Shown here: positions 38,159-47,125 of the stretch, piece by piece | Numbering within the stretch: position 1 is the first letter of the stretch | Layout: each line of letters starts with the position of its first letter | Assembly: GCA_963765495.1 (NCBI GenBank) | Contig: CAVXWP010000008.1 | Location: 32,001 to 96,000, forward strand | Reading direction: 5' to 3' | Source: Blastocatellia bacterium | GTDB lineage: Bacteria; Acidobacteriota; Blastocatellia; UBA7656 | DNA: 64,000 bases | Notes under the pieces: generated by a model | Database searches by the model: none | The model's input: the letters and a program-made list of their open reading frames with translations, nothing else | What the model was told of the DNA's origin: nothing | Made by a program: the position numbers and the translations under genes

Positions 38159-40552
38159 CTAGACCCTTTCGAGCGCGGCATATTTGGCTACGAACTTCTT
38201 CTTTCCGTACCCGGGAAAACTCACCGTAAGTTTGGCCTCCGGGCCTGCGCCTTCGACCTGTAAGACGACGCCCGCCCCGTATCGAGCGTGTCGCACGCGT
38301 GAACCTGTGCGGAATTCGCCCGAATCGGCACGATTTGCCAGACCTCGACTGGAAGCCTCTTCGCCCGACCGGGGACCAGAGGATGTTGGATTTCCCGAAG
38401 CGCGGCTCTTGAAAAATTCGCGCACGCTATCGGCGGAATTATAAGTCTTACCGCTGTAATTCGAGGTCCGTTTGACGTGATGCGCGCCCCCGCCTCGCAA
38501 GGCCTCGGCGGCTTCCCGGTTGTGGCGCGTATCATTGCTGTCGGCAAAGCCGAGCCACGAGGGGCCGAGCGACATATCCCGCATCAATTCAAGCGGGACC
38601 TCGTTTAGAAAACGTGAGGGGACGGCGTGCATCTCTTCGCCAAAAGTTCGCCGCCTCATTGCGTGTGTCAGGTAAAGATGTTCCTGGGCGCGTGTGATGG
38701 CTACATAACAGAGCCGCCGCTCTTCTTCCAGATCGTCTTCGCTTGCGGCAGACCGCGAATGCGGGAAGAGCCCTTCTTCGAGCCCCGCGATAAATACTAC
38801 AGGGAATTCAAGCCCTTTTGCCGCGTGCATGGTCATAAGCGTGACCCGCGCATCGGCCTTGTATTGATCGGTATCGCTTGCGAGCGCCGCGTGGTCGATA
38901 AAATCGCGCAGCGACTCTTCCTGCTCCTCGGCTTCCACGGCTGCCGTGACAAGCTCTTCGATGTTGAGCAAACGCCCTTCGGCCTCTTCGGTCTTTTCTT
39001 CTTCGAGCGAGCGCACATAACCGGTTTCGATGGCCGCCGCTTTCACGATTTCAGACAGAGGGTGAGATTTTTCCACCCGCTCGCCAAGCGAGATTATTAT
39101 CTGGCGAAACACATCGAGCGAAGCCGAAGCGCGGGGCGTGATCTGTCGCTCCTCAATAGCGAGGGCGAGGGTTTCCCACATTGAAACGCCCAGGTCTTTC
39201 TGCCTGCGATGCAGGGTGTCAATCGTGGTCTTTCCAATACCGCGAGGCGGAGTGTTTACGACGCGCTCAAGCGCCACGTCATCCATCGGGTTCATCGCGA
39301 GTTTGAGATAGGCGATTATGTCTTTTACTTCTGCGCGCTCATAAAACGAGAACCCGCCTACTATGTTGTATGCGATGCCGCGCCGCCTCAGAGACTCTTC
39401 AAACAGACGCGATTGCGAGTTTGTGCGGTAAAGGACGGCGCACCTTGTTTGGGGATCTCGCTTGAGATGGTCTTGAATCTTTTCGCCAACAAAGCTGGCT
39501 TCGCCTTCGCCGTCATACGATTGGTAATAGCTGATCTTCTCGCCCTGTCCGAGTTCTTCTGTCGCGTAAAGTGTCTTGGGCAGACGCCGGGCGTTGCGCT
39601 CGATCACGCGGTTTGCGGCCTCGAGAATCGTTTGAGTAGAACGATAGTTCTGCTCAAGCTTTATCATCCTCGTGCCCTCGAAATCGTGCTGGAACCCGAG
39701 GATGATATTGAAATCAGACCCGCGAAATGCGTAGATGGACTGGTCTACATCGCCAACTACGCAGAGGCTGCGGTCCTGCCATAGTTTTTCTGAGTCGATG
39801 CGCCCGCGTTCGATTTTCGTAGACCCTACGGCTATCAACCGTGCAAGCTCGTATTGAATTCCGTTTGTGTCCTGAAATTCGTCTATCATCACGTGGCGGA
39901 ATCGCTCGTGATAATACTCGCGGACTTCGGCGACCGTGCGCAGCAACTGGACCGCCTTTATCAAAAGGTCGTCGAAATCGAGCGCGTTTGATTGTTGGAG
40001 CCGTTGCTCGTAATTCCTATAGATGGCGGCGATCTTTTCCGTGCGGTCGCTTACGTATTCGGCTTGATTGGCATATGCCGCAGGCGACATCCCGCGATTC
40101 TTGGCTCCGCTTATGGCCGAAAGCGCCTGTCTTGCTGTAAAGGATTTATCGTCGAGGCTAAGGTCTTTCATTATCGCTCTAACTACCCTTGCCTGGTCGT
40201 CCGTGTCATAGATTGTAAAGTTGCGAGTGTAGCCCGCCTGCATCCGCTCGATGTCTCGGCGGAGCAGCCGTACGCATAACGAGTGAAAGGTTGAGATCAG
40301 AGGAGAAGCCGTGCGCGGGCCTTTGCCGATGAGCGACTCGACACGCGATTTCATCTCCTGGGCGGCCTTGTTTGTAAAGGTCACAGCCATTATCTGCTGT
40401 GGCGGCACGCTCGCTCGCTCTATCAGATAAACGATTCGATAGGTGATGACGCGCGTCTTGCCCGAGCCTGCGCCCGCAAGCACAAGCATCGGCCCGCAAA
40501 CGGCCTCTACGGCTTCGCGTTGCTGAGGGTTGAGTTTTTCTAGAAAATCCAT
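38159..40552 (-). CDS. pcrA: ATP-dependent DNA helicase PcrA/UvrD
   Basis: AGAGSGKT, TFTNKAA, DEFQD, LEQNYRS, HAAKGLEF, EERRL; C-terminal Tudor-like domain. Confidence 0.95.
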   Translation of the reverse strand: MDFLEKLNPQQREAVEAVCGPMLVLAGAGSGKTRVITYRIVYLIERASVPPQQIMAVTFTNKAAQEMKSRVESLIGKGPRTASPLISTFHSLCVRLLRRDIERMQAGYTRNFTIYDTDDQARVVRAIMKDLSLDDKSFTARQALSAISGAKNRGMSPAAYANQAEYVSDRTEKIAAIYRNYEQRLQQSNALDFDDLLIKAVQLLRTVAEVREYYHERFRHVMIDEFQDTNGIQYELARLIAVGSTKIERGRIDSEKLWQDRSLCVVGDVDQSIYAFRGSDFNIILGFQHDFEGTRMIKLEQNYRSTQTILEAANRVIERNARRLPKTLYATEELGQGEKISYYQSYDGEGEASFVGEKIQDHLKRDPQTRCAVLYRTNSQSRLFEESLRRRGIAYNIVGGFSFYERAEVKDIIAYLKLAMNPMDDVALERVVNTPPRGIGKTTIDTLHRRQKDLGVSMWETLALAIEERQITPRASASLDVFRQIIISLGERVEKSHPLSEIVKAAAIETGYVRSLEEEKTEEAEGRLLNIEELVTAAVEAEEQEESLRDFIDHAALASDTDQYKADARVTLMTMHAAKGLEFPVVFIAGLEEGLFPHSRSAASEDDLEEERRLCYVAITRAQEHLYLTHAMRRRTFGEEMHAVPSRFLNEVPLELMRDMSLGPSWLGFADSNDTRHNREAAEALRGGGAHHVKRTSNYSGKTYNSADSVREFFKSRASGNPTSSGPRSGEEASSRGLANRADSGEFRTGSRVRHARYGAGVVLQVEGAGPEAKLTVSFPGYGKKKFVAKYAALERV

Positions 40553-40555
40553 AAT

Positions 40556-40579
40556 GGGGATCAGGGGCCGGGGGCCGGG
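40556..40579. repeat. Family F single arm
   Basis: GGGGATCAGGGGCCGGGGGCCGGG, 3 nt from the pcrA start. Confidence 0.55.
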
Positions 40580-40620
40580 AAGAATCCAAACAAATTCCGG
40601 CAGTTCTCAGCCGCCGGTCT

Positions 40621-41178
40621 CTATTTTATCAAGTTCTGGACGGCTTTGAATTGTGGAGAATCTGCCGTACGCATCATCTCAAACAGGGCCATCTCAAGGT
40701 TGGAAGGAACGGCTCCGGCCTGTGTCAAACGGGCAAGCGCCACTTCTTTGCTCTCGCGTTTGCGTGAGGTGATGCAATCAACCAGCAGATGTACCTCGTG
40801 CCCGCGCGCGAGCAGGTCGAGCACCGTCTGGGTGACGCAAATATGCGCTTCGATGCCGCATACAATCACCTGTTTTATGTTGCGGTTTGTGATCTGCGAA
40901 TAAAAATCGTCAACCCCGCAGGAGCTAAAGCAAAACTTCTCAATCGCTTTGGTCTCCGAGGGTAAGTGGGGGATGATCTCATCGGCTGTGTGTTTCAATC
41001 CTTTTGGGTACTGTTCGGTGACGATGACTGGAATTTCCAGCAACCGCGCGCCCTCGACGGCCTTGGCTATCCGCGTAGCGACTTCGCCAAAGTCGGGAAT
41101 GACCGGGCGGAAAGCTTCCTGCATATCAATGACCGCAAGCGCAGCCTCTTCGCGTGAAAGTTTGCTTATCTGGTTCAT
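40621..41178 (-). CDS. Isochorismatase family hydrolase
   Basis: IDMQE, TEQYPKGL, K..FS, GIEAHICV. Confidence 0.92.
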   Translation of the reverse strand: MNQISKLSREEAALAVIDMQEAFRPVIPDFGEVATRIAKAVEGARLLEIPVIVTEQYPKGLKHTADEIIPHLPSETKAIEKFCFSSCGVDDFYSQITNRNIKQVIVCGIEAHICVTQTVLDLLARGHEVHLLVDCITSRKRESKEVALARLTQAGAVPSNLEMALFEMMRTADSPQFKAVQNLIK

Positions 41179-41269
41179 AGTCTTATCCTATAGATTGGTC
41201 TAATAATATTCGGCCTTATGAATATATCAGTATGCTCATGACAGAGACAACCTTGCTGGTAATAGTTCA

Positions 41270-41338
41270 GACCAGCCACAGAGACACAGGGAAAAAGATT
41301 ATAGAAATCTCTGTGCCTTTGTGTCTCTGTGGCTGGTC
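41270..41338. repeat. Family G palindrome
   Basis: Perfect 19-bp IR GACCAGCCACAGAGACACA / TGTGTCTCTGTGGCTGGTC. Confidence 0.75.
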
Positions 41339-41436
41339 GTTTCCCTTGCAGCACGCGGTCAGGTGTGCGAAAGCTTGTGGCGGTTGGTATACTTTCGGAG
41401 AGTGGACTTGATGAATTTCCTTAAAGCGGAGCGAAG

Positions 41437-41877
41437 ATGGACTGGCGTGAAAACCTGATCGAAAGCGGCAAAGAGACAAGAGAGTTGCTCAAACAGATCA
41501 ACCGGGTAGCGGTGCTTGGTATCAAGACCGAGCGCGAATCCTTTCAACCGGCCTTTTACGTGCCCGAATACCTTGTCTCGGTCGGGCTGGAGGTCGTCCC
41601 CGTCCCGGTTTATTACCCCGATGTCGAAGAGATTCTCGGAGAGAAGGTTTATCGCAGGCTTGTAGACATACCGGGTGAAATTGATCTGGTCGATGTGTTT
41701 CGCCGCCCAGAACACATCAACCAGCATCTCGATGATATGATCGAGAAGCGGCCTGCAATCGTCTGGTTTCAATCGGGCATTCGCAATGACGAGGTGGCAG
41801 AAAAGCTGGCAAAGACCGGCATCAAGGTAATTCAAGACAGATGTCTGATGGTCGAATACCGTTGGGTTGTCGGGTAG
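41437..41877 (+). CDS. CoA-binding protein (YccU-like)
   Basis: VAVLG, PV..ILGE, DVFR, VWFQSG, DRC. Confidence 0.92.
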   Translation: MDWRENLIESGKETRELLKQINRVAVLGIKTERESFQPAFYVPEYLVSVGLEVVPVPVYYPDVEEILGEKVYRRLVDIPGEIDLVDVFRRPEHINQHLDDMIEKRPAIVWFQSGIRNDEVAEKLAKTGIKVIQDRCLMVEYRWVVG

Positions 41878-41900
41878 CGATAACGCGATCAACGAGACAA

Positions 41901-42281
41901 TCAACGTGACAGCGAGACGGGATCAATTTCGATATACCTCGCCCAGTTGCGGTCGTGTCCGGCCCTGTATCTGACCTTGGCCTTTATCCCCGAAGCAAGC
42001 TGCGCAGGCACTATCACCTGACCCTGCTGAATAATCGCGGTCCTGTCGTCAAACTCAAGGATAACGGTCTGGCCTCCATCAATCAGGATCAACCTTCCCG
42101 CCACGGGGTCAACCGTTTCGATCTCGCCTTCGGCCGTCAGCATCTCGCTTTTCTGATTCTGATCAATTGTTTCCTGTCTGGGCGCGACCATGGTACGGCC
42201 CAGGCGAAGCCTGAATACAACCAGGCTCGCCAGGATGAAAGCTATGATGATGATGATGATGATTCTCAATAGCCTGTTCAT
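41901..42281 (-). CDS. Membrane-anchored small beta protein (DUF5666/OB-fold-like)
   Basis: N-terminal TM including (ATC)6 poly-Ile; EG.I..VD...L..G..V.V.Y pattern. Confidence 0.6.
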   Translation of the reverse strand: MNRLLRIIIIIIIAFILASLVVFRLRLGRTMVAPRQETIDQNQKSEMLTAEGEIETVDPVAGRLILIDGGQTVILEFDDRTAIIQQGQVIVPAQLASGIKAKVRYRAGHDRNWARYIEIDPVSLSR

Positions 42282-42296
42282 TGCCGTACCATTTCG

Positions 42297-42459
42297 GGCA
42301 GTAGGCAGTAGGCAGTAAGCAGTAGGCAGTTTTTAGAGCCGGAGAAGGGAACCACCTGTTCATATCTATCCCCGTTCCCTGCTGACTTCGGCCCCTTAGC
42401 ATTGGTCTTGAACGTCATCTTACTGCCTACTGCTCACTGCTTACTGCCTACTGACTGCT
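42297..42459. mobile_element. Family D element (GGCAGTA arms), inverted core
   Basis: (RGCAGTA)x~5 / (TACTGCY)n; core 42339-42365 is the reverse complement of the 57 kb and 63.9 kb cores. Confidence 0.75.
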
Positions 42460-44048
42460 CATCGCGGTTCCACTACGAGAAATACCGTATTGCCGCCACG
42501 GTTGACAAGCAGCAGGACGGATTGTTTCCCCGCCTGATTTAAATCGTTCTCGAAATCAGAGACGCTGGTAACAGGTTTGTGATTAACCTGTTGAATGACA
42601 TCGCGAGGTCTGATGCCCGCTTCTGCCGCTGCGCTTCCCGACTGAACATCTGTCACAACAACACCGCGAGTCTGGGGCGACAGTTTCAATTGCTGGGCGA
42701 TCTGCGGCGTAAGCTCATCGACCTGCAATCCTTCGAGAGCCTTGCTCGGACGGCTTTGCTGACCCACGGCCTGATTATCGGAAGGCAGTTCGCCGAGCGT
42801 CACCGTGACATCGCGGGTGCTGCCGTCTCTGAATACCTTTAATTTCACGGACGTACCCGGTGCCAGCCCACCTATCTTGAGTTTGAGCGCGCGGCTATCG
42901 GTGATCGGCTCGCCGTTGACCTCCAGTATGATATCGCCCTTTTGGAGACCCGCGCCCGCGCCCGGTCCGTCGGGTGTCACGTCGCCCACGAGCGCGCCCT
43001 TAGGCTGATCGGCTCCGAATGCTTTTGCGAGTTGAGGAGTTACATCCTGAATAACTACGCCGAGGTATCCGCGAATCACCTTGCCGTTTTTAAGTATCTG
43101 CTCCATAACCTGACGGGCCATGTTTATCGGAACGGCAAAGCCTACGCCCTGATTCCCCTGCGCGCCGTTTGAGAGGATTGCCGTATTTATGCCTATCAAT
43201 GCCCCGGCAGAGTTTATGAGCGCGCCGCCGGAATTACCGGGATTGATAGCCGCGTCGGTTTGGATGAAATCTTCATAATCTTCGATATTCAGATTGCCGC
43301 GCCCGGTCGCGCTCACGATCCCCATAGTCACCGTCTGCCCGATTCCGAAGGGATTGCCGATGGCCAGAGCTATGTCGCCTACCTGAACCTGAGACGAATC
43401 GCCCAGCGAAAGCGAGGGCAAATTGCCTGCTTCTATCTTGAGCACGGCGATGTCGGTCTTTGGATCGGTCCCAATGACCTTGGCTTTGTATTCGGTTTTG
43501 TCGGAAAGAGAAACCTTTATGTCGCTGGCCTGATCTACTACGTGGTTGTTCGTCAGGATATAGCCGTCCGGGCTTACGATGACGCCCGAGCCGAGACTTT
43601 GTTCGCGTCTCTCTTTCGGCACCTGGAGATTTGGCCCATCTCCGCCGAAGAACTGTCGAAAGAACGGATCGTTCAGGAAGGGGTTTCTCATCTCGTTATC
43701 GGAATTGCTTACCACCTTTGTAGATGCGATATTGACGACCGTCGGCAGCACCGATTTTACAACGGGTGCAAAGCTGCCTCCGGGTACAGAGAGCCCGGCC
43801 GAATTGGGCTCACTGTTAGATATAAACATCGGCACGGCTTTCCCCTGTCCGAAAGGGGACTTGCCAGTCTTTACAGTTAGAAACGACCCGGCCAGCCCGC
43901 CTACGATCAGAACTACTATCAGCCCTATGGCTCCTGCGATGTAGCGGGCGCGCAATCCTCCTTTTCCGTCAGGTTGTTTTGCGGTTTCCACTGGCGCGGT
44001 TTCAATCCCCGTCTTATCCATTGGCTCGAAATATGAATCCTGCATCAT
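42459..44048 (-). CDS. DegQ/Do family serine protease, 2 PDZ
   Basis: PFFRQFFG, SLGSGVI, TNNHV, TDIAV, INPGNSGG; AGGAG RBS. Confidence 0.93.
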   Translation of the reverse strand: MMQDSYFEPMDKTGIETAPVETAKQPDGKGGLRARYIAGAIGLIVVLIVGGLAGSFLTVKTGKSPFGQGKAVPMFISNSEPNSAGLSVPGGSFAPVVKSVLPTVVNIASTKVVSNSDNEMRNPFLNDPFFRQFFGGDGPNLQVPKERREQSLGSGVIVSPDGYILTNNHVVDQASDIKVSLSDKTEYKAKVIGTDPKTDIAVLKIEAGNLPSLSLGDSSQVQVGDIALAIGNPFGIGQTVTMGIVSATGRGNLNIEDYEDFIQTDAAINPGNSGGALINSAGALIGINTAILSNGAQGNQGVGFAVPINMARQVMEQILKNGKVIRGYLGVVIQDVTPQLAKAFGADQPKGALVGDVTPDGPGAGAGLQKGDIILEVNGEPITDSRALKLKIGGLAPGTSVKLKVFRDGSTRDVTVTLGELPSDNQAVGQQSRPSKALEGLQVDELTPQIAQQLKLSPQTRGVVVTDVQSGSAAAEAGIRPRDVIQQVNHKPVTSVSDFENDLNQAGKQSVLLLVNRGGNTVFLVVEPR

Positions 44049-44240
44049 GCTGTCTCCTCTTTTCATTTGGCCCGGTTGCAATAACGGCACTCGCCTTCAA
44101 CCGGGCGGTTGCTTGTGTTCTATTTCCTACCTCTTAAGAGGAATTTTGGTGAGGCGCGATTCGGTGAGGGGAAAGAATACTTGCTCCACTTCAGGCGCTT
44201 CCTTCCGAGCGATCCCGCGCGCCTCACACCGTTATGCAGG

Positions 44241-44255
44241 GCAAAGACCGTTCCA
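44241..44255 (-). promoter_or_regulatory. Sigma54 -24/-12 promoter of degQ-like gene
   Basis: TGGAAC-GGTCT-TTGC. Confidence 0.65.
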
Positions 44256-44372
44256 CTCGCGTAAATCTCCCTTTGAATAAAAAAAGGAGAAAAAACCAGC
44301 CTAAACTGTGATTTCATTGATCCGTTATCGAGTTCGAATCAGTCGCCTGTTAGGAGGTCGGTGGCTAGCACG

Positions 44373-44408
44373 TGTGGCACTCTTGATTTTGCTCGCAAAT
44401 CCGCCACA
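44373..44408. promoter_or_regulatory. Candidate enhancer (UAS) dyad
   Basis: TGTGGC-N24-GCCACA; same half-sites and spacing at 45079-45114. Confidence 0.45.
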
Positions 44409-44411
44409 AAG

Positions 44412-44572
44412 CAGTGATCAGTGATCAGTGGTCAGTGATGAGTTTGGTAAAGTATTTGACAAAATCGAGATGTGTGAAATATTAAACGGAAATAAGGGGC
44501 GTGAATCCGAAGAATTTGTATGTATCAGCGATGTCTTTTATGTAACTGACCACTGACCATTGATCACTGACC
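44412..44572. mobile_element. Family E element (CAGTGAT arms)
   Basis: (CAGTGRT)x4 / (AYCAYTG)x~4 around an AT-rich spacer. Confidence 0.7.
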
Positions 44573-44583
44573 CTCGGCCCCAT

Positions 44584-44623
44584 AAAAAAATGGCGGGTCG
44601 ACTCAGGAGCGAGATCGACCCGC
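44584..44623 (-). terminator. Intrinsic terminator of the small peptide gene
   Basis: GCGGGTCGA...TCGACCCGC then CATTTTTTT on the minus strand. Confidence 0.75.
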
Positions 44624-44658
44624 GCTCGAAGGAGACTGCTTGCTCAGAGAATCTGTAA

Positions 44659-44874
44659 CTACTTACCGGTGCCTTTTGATTTGCTCGCGCTTGGTTTCTT
44701 ATGTTTCTTCTTGTGATGCTTCTTTTTTGCCATCGGCTTTGCGGCAGTGCGGGTGCTTGATGCCGCCGGTTTGGCTGTTTTAGACGCGCCCCCTTGTCCA
44801 TTAGTTGACGCGGCAAATGCCGATGACGCGGCCAGAGCCAATGCTAAACTACCTGCTAGAATCAATTTCTTCAT
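44659..44874 (-). CDS. 71-aa secreted Lys/His/Ala-rich peptide (Asr-like composition)
   Basis: GGAG RBS; signal MKKLILAGSLALALAASSAFA; mature part includes KKKHHKKKHKK; own promoter and terminator. Confidence 0.85.
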   Translation of the reverse strand: MKKLILAGSLALALAASSAFAASTNGQGGASKTAKPAASSTRTAAKPMAKKKHHKKKHKKPSASKSKGTGK

Positions 44875-44967
44875 CTTAAATATCTCCATTGTAAAATCTT
44901 TCTTCCTGCCTGTTTCCGCGGCCCTGCCGCGAGACTTGCTAACCTGAGCAGGACGTAATTCTGATAT

Positions 44968-44983
44968 AGCAAAGCCGGTGCCA
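44968..44983 (-). promoter_or_regulatory. Sigma54 -24/-12 promoter, full consensus
   Basis: TGGCAC-CGGCT-TTGCT. Confidence 0.8.
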
Positions 44984-45077
44984 TAGCAGACCAAAGCGCG
45001 ATGTCTGAGATAAATGCCGGATTAGCTTGATTTGCCGGGGGGGCGGTGTTTGAGAATCGGGAAATACACAAAATACT

Positions 45078-45115
45078 TTGTGGCCGTTTTGTTTCGCAAG
45101 ACAAAACGGCCACAA
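45078..45115. promoter_or_regulatory. 15-bp IR: amidase terminator and/or enhancer dyad
   Basis: TTGTGGCCGTTTTGT / ACAAAACGGCCACAA, directly after the stop at 45119. Confidence 0.55.
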
Positions 45116-45118
45116 GGG

Positions 45119-45718
45119 TTAAACCTCTCGCGCGAGTATTTCTTCTTTCAAGGCTCTGACCTCGGCTCGCAACTCTTCCAGGCGATCCATTATGCGTCCG
45201 GGGCAGAGCGTATGCCCTTCGAGGACTTCCGTGTGACCGATTATCCGGGCTGCGTCAAAGCGGCCCCAGACCGACAGCCACGCGCATAAGTCTATGAGTG
45301 AATTCCATTGCTGTTTGGTCACGTGACAGGCATCCAGATTGACGCCTTCAATCTCGATTCCAAACCATCGAGTGTTATAGCGAACCACACTTGAAGCGTG
45401 TGCGCCTCTGACTACCTCCCCTTCGCGGGCCGCGACAAGTGTACCGTGTCTGCCTTCGAGTATGAGGCCGCCACGGCTTATCGTAAAATGCTCTCCCGTG
45501 TCGGCCCACATCCTATCGGGGCTGTCCATGTGATGGTTCTGTATGCGGCGCGCCAGATTGAACGCTTCATCAATCTCACGGTCGCCTTCTTCGGGCAAGC
45601 GGTTAGGGTCAGCCGTGTGATGCACGACGATGCCTTCGGCCTCGTGTCTTGCGAATCCCCCGCCTCTGGGTGGGCGAGCGCCCCATTCAACCGTGGTATA
45701 AATTTTCGGTTCATCCAT
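45119..45718 (-). CDS. N-acetylmuramoyl-L-alanine amidase (Amidase_2/PGRP-like)
   Basis: WGARPP, VHHTA, GAHA, GIEIEG, IIGH, TLCPG. Confidence 0.88.
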   Translation of the reverse strand: MDEPKIYTTVEWGARPPRGGGFARHEAEGIVVHHTADPNRLPEEGDREIDEAFNLARRIQNHHMDSPDRMWADTGEHFTISRGGLILEGRHGTLVAAREGEVVRGAHASSVVRYNTRWFGIEIEGVNLDACHVTKQQWNSLIDLCAWLSVWGRFDAARIIGHTEVLEGHTLCPGRIMDRLEELRAEVRALKEEILAREV

Positions 45719-45754
45719 CTTCTGTCCGCCCCGCTCAATACTGTTCAATGCTGC

Positions 45755-47125
45755 TTAATCGCTCTTTTCTTTGAGCTTGATATCGAAACGTTCCGCCATT
45801 CGATAAAGCGTTCGGCGATCAATTCCCAGCACTTCGGCAGCGCGGGTGCGGCTACCTCCGACCTCCTGCAACACGTAAATCAAATACCGCCTCTCGATTT
45901 CGTCGAGAGGCGGTAAATCTTCAAACATTGAATTGATACGGGTCTCGCGGTCGTATTCTTTGCTGTGAATAAGGATCTTTTCGGGCAGGTCTTCGGGCAT
46001 GATGGCCGAACCACGCGCATAAAGCGCCGCGTGCTCTATGGTGTTTTCAAGCTCGCGAACATTGCCCGGCCAGTTGTATTGCTCAAGCAATGTGAGCGCC
46101 TGCTCTGAGATCGTATGCGCTCCCGCCCCTGCCTCCTTTGCACGCTTGAGCGCGTGCGCGGCAAGGAGGGCTATGTCTTCGCGCCGCTCGCGGAGTGGCG
46201 GAACCCTGAACGTCACTACGCTCAGGCGATAAAACAGGTCTTCGCGGAAGCGGCCTTCCTTGACCTCCAGTTCGAGATTGCGATTGGTCGCGGCCAGCAC
46301 TCGGGCATCAACCTTTATGGCGCGGGCGCTGCCCACGCGGCGGATCTCGGATTCCTGTAAGACCCTGAGAAGCTTCACCTGCAAGCCGGGGCTGGTCTCG
46401 CCGATTTCGTCCAGAAGAATCGTGCCCTGATCAGCCTCTTCAAACAGGCCGCGCTTATCGCTGACAGCGCCAGTAAAACTGCCTCTGACGTGGCCGAACA
46501 ATTCCGACTCAAGCAGAGTCTCGGTAAGCGCGCCGCAATTAACGGCTACGAACGGCCCCGATGCCCTTGAACTGTTGCGATACAATGCGCGGGCTACCAG
46601 TTCCTTTCCAACCCCCGATTCGCCTGTGATAAGCACGGTCGAACGCGAAGGTGCAACCATAGCTATCTCTTTGTAGAGGTCGATCATTTTCGGGCTGTGA
46701 CCGATGATACCCGTTACCTCGCCGTGCTCCTTCAACAACACGGCGGCAGGCTCTCCGCCGTCGCGCCCCTTGAGCGCCCGCCTCGCCGTCGCAATAACTT
46801 CGTTTACATTAAAGGGCTTGCTGACGTAATCGAATGCGCCTTCACGCACGGCTTCGACCGCCGTCTCAAGCGTGCCGAACCCGCTTATGAGTATCACCTC
46901 AGATGACGGCGCAAGCTGTTTGAACTCTTTGAGCAGCGCGACCCCGTTGACCCGCCCGCCCAGGTTTATGTCGCTCACGATAAGATCAAAGCGCCCGGGC
47001 TCGACTTCGTTTCGAGCCGATTCGGCCGTCTGGCTCGTAGAAACTTCCCACCCTTCCTCAGAGAAAATCTCAGATAGAAAGTTGCAGGTTTCAAGGTCAT
47101 CATCTATTACGAGTATCTTCTTCAT
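45755..47125 (-). CDS. Sigma54-dependent response regulator (NtrC/ZraR type)
   Basis: REC domain; GESGVGKE, ESELFGH, GSFTGA, WPGNVREL; Fis-type HTH. Confidence 0.95.
   Translation of the reverse strand: MKKILVIDDDLETCNFLSEIFSEEGWEVSTSQTAESARNEVEPGRFDLIVSDINLGGRVNGVALLKEFKQLAPSSEVILISGFGTLETAVEAVREGAFDYVSKPFNVNEVIATARRALKGRDGGEPAAVLLKEHGEVTGIIGHSPKMIDLYKEIAMVAPSRSTVLITGESGVGKELVARALYRNSSRASGPFVAVNCGALTETLLESELFGHVRGSFTGAVSDKRGLFEEADQGTILLDEIGETSPGLQVKLLRVLQESEIRRVGSARAIKVDARVLAATNRNLELEVKEGRFREDLFYRLSVVTFRVPPLRERREDIALLAAHALKRAKEAGAGAHTISEQALTLLEQYNWPGNVRELENTIEHAALYARGSAIMPEDLPEKILIHSKEYDRETRINSMFEDLPPLDEIERRYLIYVLQEVGGSRTRAAEVLGIDRRTLYRMAERFDIKLKEKSD

Noticed and set aside
42244-42261. (ATC)6 as a phase-variation tract
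   Set aside because: Triplet slippage keeps the frame; explained by a poly-Ile TM segment.
44325-44347. GTTCGAATC as a tRNA T-loop
   Set aside because: No T-stem or cloverleaf.
44375-44392. TGGCAC...TTGC on the plus strand as a sigma54 promoter
   Set aside because: GG-to-GC spacing is 13, not 10.
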